From a virus (taxonomy: Duplodnaviria; Caudoviricetes), in the IMG/VR virus record IMGVR_UViG_3300022602_000110, positions 1 to 57,295 of that record: a stretch of DNA of 57,295 nucleotides, one strand, 5' to 3'. The position numbers were made by a program, and so were the translations under genes. The notes below the pieces were generated by a model. That model saw nothing but the letters and a program-made list of their open reading frames with translations. It did not search any database and was not told where the DNA came from. Position 1 is the first letter of the stretch. Each line of letters begins with the position of its first letter. Shown piece after piece: positions 27,868 to 39,800 of this stretch.

Positions 27868-30800
27868 ATGTCAAACTCTAACGATAAAAAATCAATAAAT
27901 TTACTTCCTTCGATCTTTAGAACAGATAAAAATACTAAATTTTTATCAGCAACTATTGATCAATTAATACAAACGCCTCAACTAGATCGTATAAATGCCT
28001 GGGCAGGTAGCACCGATACAAAAACATATAATCCCGCAACAGATCGGTACATCCCCGAAACAATGCCATTAAGAAAAGATTATCAATTAGCACCGGCGGT
28101 GGTTGTGAGAGATCAATATCAAAATATTAATGGCACATTTGGATATGATGATTTAATTAATCAAATTGCATTCGAGGGTGGGAATACTACCCGTTTAGAT
28201 CGATTGTTTAAACCTGAGTACTATTCATACAATCCTCATATTGATTGGGATAAGTTCGTTAACTTCGACCAATATTATTGGTTGCCTGTAGGTCCTGATT
28301 CAGTAACAGTTGAAGGTTTACAAAAAAATGCAATAAGCACTTATACAATAACTGATGCACAAAGCGGTGAAAATATTATTGTAACACCAGATGGATTAAC
28401 TCCGGATGTTACTTTAACACTATATCGAGGAATAACTTATAATTTTAATGTTAATTCAAAACATAAAATTTGGATTAAGACTCGTCGTGTTGGCGGAGCA
28501 AGCCAAGCGTTTAGAACAACAATTACTAATAATGGTATTTCATCAGGGACTATTACACTAGTTGTTGATGAAGATACACCTGCTGTTTTATATTATGTCG
28601 CCGACGATGATGTATTAGTAGGTGGCGAAATTATTGTTAAATCTATTCAAGCTGACTCAGTTATCGATATTACTAAAGAAATTTTAGGAAAACAAAATTA
28701 TACTTCTGGAAATGGCGTTGTTTTTACTAATGGCCTTAAAGTTAATTTTACGGGATCGGTTACTCCTGCTGAATATGCTGGGTATGATTTTATTGTTGAC
28801 GGTGTTGGTAGTGCGATTAGATTGATTCCGTTGAACTCTTTACAAGTTCCTGAATCTTATTCTTCTGCATACGATGAAAATTTTGACGGTACAAATTTCG
28901 ATGAGTTTCCATTCGATAATTTTTCAACCCTACCATTAACTCCTGAATATATCACAATTAATAGAGGTAGTTTAGATTTAAATCCGTGGACTAGATATAA
29001 TCGTTGGTTCCATAAAGATGTTATAACACAAACAGCCGCATACAACGGAACAACTGCTCAGTTTGATCAAACTGCTCGAGCTACTCGTCCTATTGTTGAA
29101 TTTAAACCAAACATTCAATTGTTTAATTTTGGTTCTGTTGCTAAGCCAAACATTCAACACATTGATACTACTACAACTGATGCGTTTTCTAAGGTAGAAG
29201 GACAAATAGGTTATTACGTTGACGGTGTTTTATTAGGTCAAGGTGATCGAGTTATTTTTACAGCAGATCCTGATCCGTTGGTTAACGGTATTACATTTGT
29301 TGTTAATTTTGTTAAATTAAACGGAAACTTTGTTATAAGTCTAGATCGAGCAACTGATGCTACCCCAAATATCGGCGATGGTGTAGTTGTCTTGTACGGA
29401 GAAACACATAAAGGAACTAGTTGGTGGTATAACGGAACTGCCTGGATTGAGGCTCAGGAAAAAACAACCATTAATCAATTTCCACGTTTTGATGTTATAG
29501 ATAAAAACGGTATTAGTTATGGAAACATCGATCATTATGTAAACAACACATTTGACGGTACGTATTTGTTTAACTATGCAGTAGGTAATGGATCAAATGA
29601 TAGTGTACTAGGGTTTCCATTATTATATAAAACTATTGCTGACCAAGGATACTATTTGTTTAACAACTATTTCATGACAGATGAAATGGTAATCGAAAAC
29701 CAATCAGTTACAACTACAATTCCTATTAGTTTAGGTTTTTTAAAAATTAATAATCAGTCAGGAACTCCTGCGTATGAAAATGTGTGGACGCCTGTTCAGA
29801 CATATTCCATTCCTATTATTCAAAGCCAAGTAGTAACAACTACAGCGACTACATCAATAGAAATCATCGCAGTTGATAATCCAGGATATCAAACTATCTC
29901 TGTTAGTGTATTTGTTAACGATGTTAGAAAATTTGAAGCGAGTGACTTTAATTTATTTGCTGATAGAAATAGATATTTTGTAAATTTTACAACTCCGTTA
30001 AATGTTAATGATAGAGTTTTGTTTAAATTATACACAGATGCTATTCCAAATGACAACGGATACTATGAAGTTGCTATAAACTATACAAACAATCCGTTCA
30101 ATGGTCCTATTGAACAATTTACATTGGCAGAATTATCAGACCATGCTGAAACTATGGCTGATACACATCCTCTATTCCGAGGCACATTCTTTGGTGATAA
30201 TAACATTAGAGATTTAGGTGATTTTAATAATTATGGAACTAGATTAATTTCTAACAATACTCCTGCATCTTTTGCTGGTTATTTTATCTCCAATCAAGAA
30301 AATAGCGTTGTATCAAGTCTTCGAAAAGCCGCATTACAATATTCACAATTTAAGTTAGGATTCTTCCATCGTATGCTAAGTATCGGCGGAACATATACTC
30401 CGGCTGAAGCACTGGATATTATTCTACACAACATGAACTTAAACAAGGATATTAATTTCCCTTACTCAAGTTCAGATATGGTAGCGTATGGTAAAGATTT
30501 TACAAGTAATACTTGGACCGTAACAGATTCTAGAAATACAACCTATGCGTTAAACAGTGTGTTTAGTTCAACAGAATTGTCGTTGAGATCTGTGTTAATC
30601 TATTATACAGATGTTAATACTGGCATAACTGAACAATTGATTAACGGTGTTGACTACACCTTTGATAGTGTAGATCCTGTATTTTATGTATTGCGTTCTT
30701 TAAATAAAGGCGATACTCTTTCTATTAGAGACTATGCTTCAACCGCAGGATGTTTCGTTCCTTACTCTCCTACAAAATTAGGATTGTATCCGTCATTTGT

Positions 30801-33800
30801 TCCACAAATTTATTTAGATAATACATACGCTAATGGCCCTCAGTTAGTAATTCAAGGACATGATGGCAGTATAATGGTTGCCTACGGTGATTATAGAGAT
30901 GGAATAATTTTAGAATTAGAACGAAGAATTTATAACAATATTAAAACTCAATACGATTCTGATTTATTCGATATCAACGAAGTAATGCCAGGAGCCTTTA
31001 GATCTAACGATTATTCTTACAGCGAAATATCAGACATACTTGCTCCGGAATTTTTTAAATGGGCAGGATTTTATGGTCTAGATTATTCTAGAAATACTAC
31101 ATCTTCTGATGATCCTAAATCGTGGAACTATCGTTCTTCAATAAACGCATTAAACAATGTACCGTTGCCAGGTGGTTGGAGAGGGATATTTAAATTCTTC
31201 TACGATACAGATCGCCCTCATACATGTCCTTGGGAGATGTTAGGATTTTCTACAATGCCTGCATGGTGGACAAGTGTATACGGTCCAGCACCTTACACTT
31301 CTGGTAACTTATTGCTATGGAGTGATTTAGAAGCAGGCACTATCAAAGATCCTGCAGGAGTTACAATTAATTCTCTTTATGCTCGTCCAGGACTAACTTC
31401 AATTATTCCAGTTGATGCGAGCGGTAATTTATTAGATCCGGCAAAGATTGGCCTAGCACAAAGATTAGATCCTAATCAAACAAATTTAGATTGGAAGTTT
31501 GGAGACATTGGGCCAGTTGAATCTGCTTGGAGAAGAAGCAGTCTATGGCCATTTGCAGTTCAAATTTTATTAGCGTTAGCTCGCCCTGCAAAGTATACTT
31601 CTACAATGTTTGATACAAGTAGAATGAATAAAAATCTTGCTGGTCAATATGTTTATTCTAACAAGGGATTTATTGATCTATCTAACTTATCAATATTTGG
31701 TTACATTTCTACAGGCACTGCTACGTTAAGTGCAGGGTATAGTCCTATTCTTGTCGAAATTGGTAGACAAAAGAAAAGTTCATTTATATCCGATCTATCT
31801 CAAGATTTAGAAAATCTAACAATGAATTTGATGTACAAGGTTGGCGGATTTGTTAATCAAGATAAAATAGATATTATTATTGACTCTGTTAACCCTGCTA
31901 CTAAAAATCCTGGTGTTGCTCTTCCTAATGAAGATTATGAAGTTTTCTTGAATAGAAGTAATCCTGTTAAATCAATAGGAGTGTCTGGTATTATTGTGGA
32001 AAGAACAGATACTGGATTTGTTCTTAGAGGATATGATAAGTTACATCCTTATTTCAATTGTTATTATCCTACTGCAAATAGCACAGACCCTGCATTTACT
32101 GTTGGTGGTAGAACCGAAGAGTATGTTGTATGGACTCCTAGTCCGACCACAGTTGATGTTGCTGTTGGTCCTACAGCAGTTGCAAGTACAAATGCAAATT
32201 TCTATCAAGCAGGTCAATTGGTAAGTTACAATAACTTATGGTATAGAGTAAAAATAAGTCACGAAGCAGGATCGACTTTTAATTCTTCTTATTTTGTGCA
32301 GTTACCTAGTGCTCCTATTATTGGAGGAATATCTGTTCTTAAGGCAATTACTTATTCTGACACAGTAACGACCATACCTTACGGTACAGAATTTACAAGT
32401 TTACAAGAATTGTATTACACAATCATGGGATATGGCCAATGGTTGTTACAACAAGGTCTTGTGCTTGATCAATTCAATACTGACCTTAGTGAAGTTATTG
32501 ATTGGAATTTTACAGCTAAAGAATTATTATTCTGGACCACTCAGGCATGGGCAAGTGGTAGTGTTATCACGCTATCTCCATTTGCTAACAACATGACATT
32601 TACATCTACTGATTCAGTAGCTGACAATTTATTAGATCCATTAACTGATTATAGCATATTGAAATCAGATGGAACACCGTTAGCAAATGATTATATTAAT
32701 ATTGTTAGACAGCCTGGATCTATTACCATTAATACTTTAAATCCAAAGGATGGTATTTACTTTGTGCGTTTGAATTTTATTCAAACAGAACATGCTATTG
32801 TACTGCGTAACCAGTCTATTTTTGGTGACATTATCTATGACATCGAAACAGGATATAAACAAGCTAGAATTAAATTAGTGGGCTTTATAACTGGCGGGTG
32901 GGACGGCGGCTTAAATGCTCCGGGATTCATTTATGATCAAGCAACTATTGGTTCATGGACTGAATACACTGATTATGGAATAGGCGATGTTGTACAATAC
33001 GTTGGCAATTATTATTCTGCATTAACAAAAATTTCAGGAACAAGCACATTTAAATTTAGTGAATGGCAAATACTTCCCGGTAAGCCTACACCAAAATTAC
33101 TGCCAAACTTTGATTATAAAATTAATCAATTCCAAGATTTTTACAATCTTAATATTGATAATTTTGACAGTGCTCAACAAAAAATGGCACAACATCTTAC
33201 TGGATATCAACCACGACCTTACATGGATAACATCTTTGTCGATCCTATCAGCCAGTATAAATTTTATCAAGGATTTATTCGTGAAAAAGGTACGCAGAAT
33301 GTCTTTACAAAATTAAGTAAGGCCAGTGAAGCAGTATTGCACGGTGAGATTGATTACAACGAAGAATGGGCGTTTAGAATTGGTGCGTATGGATCCTATA
33401 CCACTAAGAAAGATATTGAAATCAGTTTAAATGAAATTCAATTTCAAGAAAATCCTCAAATTATTCAGTTCACTGATATAGCACCTGTAAATCCTAATGA
33501 TTTATTGATTTATCAAACTCCTTCAGATGTACTTGTTAAACCTACTGACTATACTAACGATCCATGGCCTACAAGTCCTGCCTCTAGTTTAGACTACACA
33601 AGCATGTTGCCTGTTGCAGGTTATGTTCGTCTTGATGATGTAACATCTACTGCATTTAACAAATATAGTTTATTAGACATTGCTAACAATAGAAATATCA
33701 ACGAAGGCGACACAATATGGGTTGGCTTTAGAGAAGATGGCAGTTGGGATGTTTTACGTTATTCTAAAGTTCCTACTAATATTACAGCGGCCGCAATTAA

Positions 33801-36800
33801 TTTCCCAGGATCAAACATAATATTAACTACAAATCTTCCACACAAATTAAGTGTAAACGATTTAATATCTGTTAGTCAGTTAGATCCTAGTATTGATGGT
33901 GTATATCAGGTACAATCTGTTCCTAACGTAAATCAAATTATTGTTGCTTCTAATTTAACTTTAATTTCTCCTACCCTAACACCCGGCGTGGGGTTGCTAT
34001 TTAAATTTGCCAGTGTACGATTTAACACATTTGATGATTTAAATAATTTTGAATTCTTAAATGATTTAAAAGAAGGCGAAAACATTTGGGTAGATAATGA
34101 TGGAAATAATCGCTGGGGTGTATTTGAAAAAGTTAACGCCTATATTCCTAGTGCTGTTTCATCACCTACGTATTCATTCCCAGTAAGACCAAATGAACAA
34201 TATGGTGCTACTGTTGCAAGTTCTGTAGATGGAACAAAATTGGCAGTATCTTCTCCTTATTTTAATTCTATCTTTACAGGTTACGGTAAAGTTTATGTAT
34301 ATAGAAAAGATGGTCAAGGTAATAGTTTAGTGAATGTTGCCCAACTGACTTTAAATGAACATAGCGGAAACACTTATGTCAATTCAACTACAGATTCAAG
34401 TTTCGGTCAAAGTTTAATAGTTGATGGTTTGACAAATTATGTAACAATAGGTGCACCTAAAGCAAGTTTGGTTAGACATATTACAGGTAGTAATTTTGCA
34501 GGAACTACAGGTACGGCATCTTCTTATGTAAATCAAGGTGTTGTAAAAATTGTTAATGTTAATTTTACAACAACAAATGTAACTAATCCTTATGTGCTAG
34601 TAAGTCCAACTCCTGCATCAAATGCGCAGTTTGGATATAGTATTGTTCAAAATAATAATTCATTTGTGATTTCTAGTCCTGGACAGAATTCTATTCACAT
34701 ATTTGATTATTCTGTTAACAGTGACAGCACATTAACTTTTGAATCTCCTATTACAATTACTCACGGAAATCTTCCTACAGATGCTTTTGGTTCATCGATT
34801 GCAACTAGCAATGATGGTGCGATTATGGCTATTGCGGCTCCGGGTCCTGCGTTAAGCACTGGTACTGTTTATATCTATCATAATCAAATATTGACACAAT
34901 CTATTACTGTAGATACCCTAGCACCTTACGATACTGTGCTTAAAGGTTCTGGTTTTGCAAGTCAAGTGTTATTAAATCAAGATGGCACATATTTGTTTAT
35001 TACTGCACCTAGATCTATTTCTAATGGAACTAAGATAGGTAAAGTATTTGTAATGACATTGAATACTGCGACCTACCATTATGAATATAGTCAGACTGTT
35101 ACTAGCCCATATAATAATTTAGGTGTAGAATTTGGAACAGACATTGGTATTGATCCTACAGGAAATGTATTAACTGTTTCAGGCATTGGAGCATTAAAGC
35201 CGGTAACATTTGATGTATATTCAAAACGTTTAACCACTGTTTCAACTGACTATACAAACGACCCTGCTTCTACAACATCGACCAATGCAACAACATTCGA
35301 TTCTAAATCTACATTGTTCCACGGCGATCTAAAATCGTCAGGATCTACCTTTGTATTTGATAGATATCAAGATATGTTTGTATATGGTCAAGAAATTTCT
35401 AACCCGGCAGTGGAAGAATCAAGTGTATACGGTTCTTCTGTTGCAGTGACCGATAGCGTTATAATTGTAGGGGCACCAGGCTTGTCTAACGTGACTACAC
35501 AGTCGGGCGGTATTTACATATTTGATCTAAATTCAAACTATAATAATAGTTGGGATTTACTAAGACAAGAACCTGATCTTGTAGACCTTTCTAAGGTACA
35601 GAAAGCATACACTATTGATGATACAACCTCTCAAGTTCGGGATTATTTAGAAATTATTGATCCTGTTAAAGGCTATATTCCTGGGCCTGCCGCACAAGAA
35701 TTAAGTTACAAATCATTAAGCGATCCGGCAATTTATTCTATTGGTAATGCAGGAACAGTTAACAATACCAATGCCAACTGGATAGATGAGCATGTTGGTA
35801 AACTATGGTGGGATTTAAGCACTGTTAAATTCACATGGTATGAGCAGGGCGAATTAGAATTCCGTAAGAACAATTGGGGAGGAGTATTCCCAGGATGTAC
35901 TATTGATGTCTATGAATGGGTGCGTTCAACATATCTACCAAGTCAATGGGCCGGTCTAGCAGATACAACTGACGGCCTTGTTCTTGGAATGAGTGGCCAA
36001 CCTAAGTATCCTGATAATAGTGTATTGTCTGTTAAACAAATTTTTAATTCTACAACACAACAATTAACTAATGTTTACTACTATTGGGTTAAGAATACTG
36101 TCGTTGTTCCTAGCAATACTACAAGAAGAATTAGTGCTTATAATGTAGCAAGTTTAATTGCCAATCCTCTAACAAATGGAATTCAATATATTTCTTTCTT
36201 GTCAGATAATGCTGTATCATTGGCTAACTGCAAACCTTCTTTATCATCGTCTGATATTCATCTAGCAGTTGAAATGGATACTATAAACAATTCTATTCCT
36301 AAACATACAGAATGGTTGTTATTGCAAGAGGGCGATATTAATAGTTTGCCTGGCAATGCGTTAACACAGAAATTATTAGACAGTCTTTTAGGACATGATA
36401 CACAAGGTAATCAGGTTCCTGATCCTACATTGCCTAACAGATTAAAGTATGGTGTTGAAATTAGACCTCGTCAAAGTATGTTTGTTGATCGTCTAGGTGC
36501 TATTAAGATATTAGTTGAATATGTTAATAGTATTTTGTCTCAGAATTTGATCACAGACAATTATGATCTTACATTATTAAAATCTAAAGAAGAGATTCCT
36601 AATATTGCATTAGGTACATACGATATTTTAGTTGAAGACTTGACAGCCCGAGATTTATTATCTCCTAGATATGTTTCTCAAGCAACTTTAGCATGTACAT
36701 TAAAGTATGGAAAAATTTCAACAATATCAATTGTTAATCCTGGATTTGGTTATAAGACTGCTCCTACAGTAACTATATTAGGTACAGGTACTGGCGCAGA

Positions 36801-39800
36801 GATTGGACTAACGATTGATGCATCAGGTGCAGTGGTATCTGCAAAAATAATTAGTGCAGGATCTGGTTATACAACAGAACCTACATTTGTTGTAAGACCA
36901 TTTACTGTTATTGTACAAAGCGATTCTAGTGTAAACAATAAGTGGAGTATATATCAGTGGAACTATCAAACATTGACCTGGGGTTATCCGGTGCATGTTC
37001 AAAGTTTTGACACAACTAACTATTGGTCATATGCAGATTGGGTTAGTCCAAAGTTTAATCCAAATCAAGAATTCTTGATAACATTAGATGCGCCGTACGA
37101 GCTTGATGTATTAACTAATGTTCCTGCTGGAAATTATATTAAAATTAGAAATAACGGAAATGGGCAAGCAATCGTTCTTAAGAAGTTATCAACAGTTGAT
37201 CAACCCGGTTCTTATAATTTAGAATATGATTTAGTTTACCAACAAAATGGTACTATTCAATTATCAAATAGTTTATGGAACTATACTTCTGGTACATCTG
37301 GATTTGACAACATTGCGGCATATGATCAAACAGGCTTTGATTCAACTCCGGATCAAGAAGCTAGTAATATTTTTAATGCTATCAATAATAATATTTTTGT
37401 AGGCGATTTACAAATATATCTAAATCTCAGTTGGTTTAAACTTGTTCGTTATGCAATGACAGAACAAAAATTTATAGATTGGGCGTTTAAAACATCCTTT
37501 ATCAGTGTAACAAACAATGCAGGGCAGTTAAATCAGCCAGCTACTTATAAGTTAGATGATACTAGTTATTACGAAAGTTTTATAGCGGAAGCTAAACCTT
37601 ATAGAACAAAAGTTAGAGAATGGACAGATGCATATACTTCTACAGAAGTATCAATGTCTATGACTACTGACTTTGACGTTCCGTCTTATTATAATACATC
37701 AACTCATCAGTTTACTCCGGTATCATTTGGCTCATCATTGTTAACACAACAACCTTATAGATCTTGGTTTGACAATTATACATATTATATAAAAAGTATT
37801 GATGTGTTTAATGGCGGATCCGGATATCAATATCCGCCTCAAGTTATTATTGAACCGACAAATGGTGATATAGTAACGACTACCGCTACTGCTGTAGCCT
37901 ACATTGCGTTAGGGGCAGTGACACAAATTGTCGTTACTAATCCAGGTGCAGGATACACATCTAATCCTAGAATTATTTTAGCAGGTGGTGGCCCAACAAC
38001 ATTAACAACTGCGACAGCAGGTGCCAAGTTAGCAAATGATACTACACGAGCTACATTGACACATATTAAGTTTGATAGAGTTGCGGGATATAATGAAATT
38101 ACTACATCAACTGCCTATGACAGCTTTGTCGGTGACGGGTCTAAACATGTATTTCCATTAACATGGTATCCGTCTACTAATCCTGCTGATTTCACTGTAT
38201 TGATAGCAGGCATTTTGCAGTTACGTTCAGATTATACTATCAATTATAGTACTACCAAATTTAAAGGTTATACAAAAAATTATGCTACTATAACATTAAA
38301 TTCTGTTCCAACGTTTGGTCAATTAATTGAAATTGATTATGTTAAGAACGTTGAGTTATACCATGCAGTTGATAGAATTCAACACTTTTATCAACCGACT
38401 AGTGGAATGCCGGGTAATACTGCTACGCTATTAATGAATGGATTAGAATATCCAGGTGTAACAATCGACACATTGCCGTTCCAGGCTTCGTTGGGTTGGG
38501 ACACAGCACCGTTTGATCAAAGTAGTTGGGACGATTATGTTTCGGAAACAGGAGTTTATATTGCATCCAGCCCTGTAGTTAGAGCAAACCCTGCGTTTGC
38601 TAACGGAAATTATGTATTTTCAGTTTCCGCCACCCCGGGCATTAGAAATATACAAATTGGTGCAACTGCTACATTTACAAATACTACAACTATATATACT
38701 GTTAACAGTTCAACAGCTAACGCACTTTATAGAGGATATTGGGATATTGGAATTACAGGAACAAATATTCCCGTATTCTCTACAAGCGAATCTATAACAT
38801 TTACTAATCCTAATGCAGAAGTATTTGCGCTTCCTTTTGTTCCTGCGGTAGGTACAACTATTACTGTATATGTAAGTACAGGTTCTGTTGTTAATGCTAC
38901 AAGAATTGATGATCCTAACTATGGAACAACTGGTACAATAACTAACGCTAATGCTACTATGAAGAGCTTTAACGGTGTAGTTGGAATTAACACAATTAGT
39001 ATTGGTCAAATAGTTGGTCCTAACGACATAATTATATTCCGTCCTTGGACAAGCGATGGAACAACTATTCCCAACGATGTAGATTTAGATACATTAGTTT
39101 ACGGTGGAACTATTACCCCAGGTTATATTAGTGAATCAGATGAGTATACTGATATTAATTTAGATGGCGATGCATTCATTAGCTCATCTAATAGCCACGG
39201 TCCTGAAGAAAATCTTCCTGGCAATATTTTAGAAAGTATTGGAATTAGCATTTACGAACGTCCGCTAGCAGTCAATCCATTGATAGTTAATAAAAAGTAT
39301 TTCACAGACGGAACTGTTAGAACATTTGACCTTGGCATCACTCCGCCTAATGTAGATAGTGTATTTGTGTTGTGGAATGATACGCCGTTATATAATACTG
39401 TCGATTTTACGATTGACTATGTTAACAATACACTGTCAACAAACAACACATTGACCAATGGTTTCCTATCGTTGACTACCTTGGGAGTTGGCGGAACAGA
39501 ATTATTAGAAAACGACACAGTGGTTGTAACTAATACTGCGACAACTCAATATGCTTTTGCATCGGCTTTCTCAGAAGTTCAAAGTGCTTATGTAACACTT
39601 AATGGTGTATCAATTGCTCCGCCAAACTATACATTGGTAAGTAACACAGATACATATGGTGTTGGTAGAGCAACTATCAGTTTGAACACAACAACACATG
39701 TAAATGATGTTATTCAGGCTTGGTTGTTTGCGGCTCCATACAAAGCATTTAGTCAGGTAGTTGATCAAATCACTACTGCAAGTTCTGGAGTTAGTGTGTT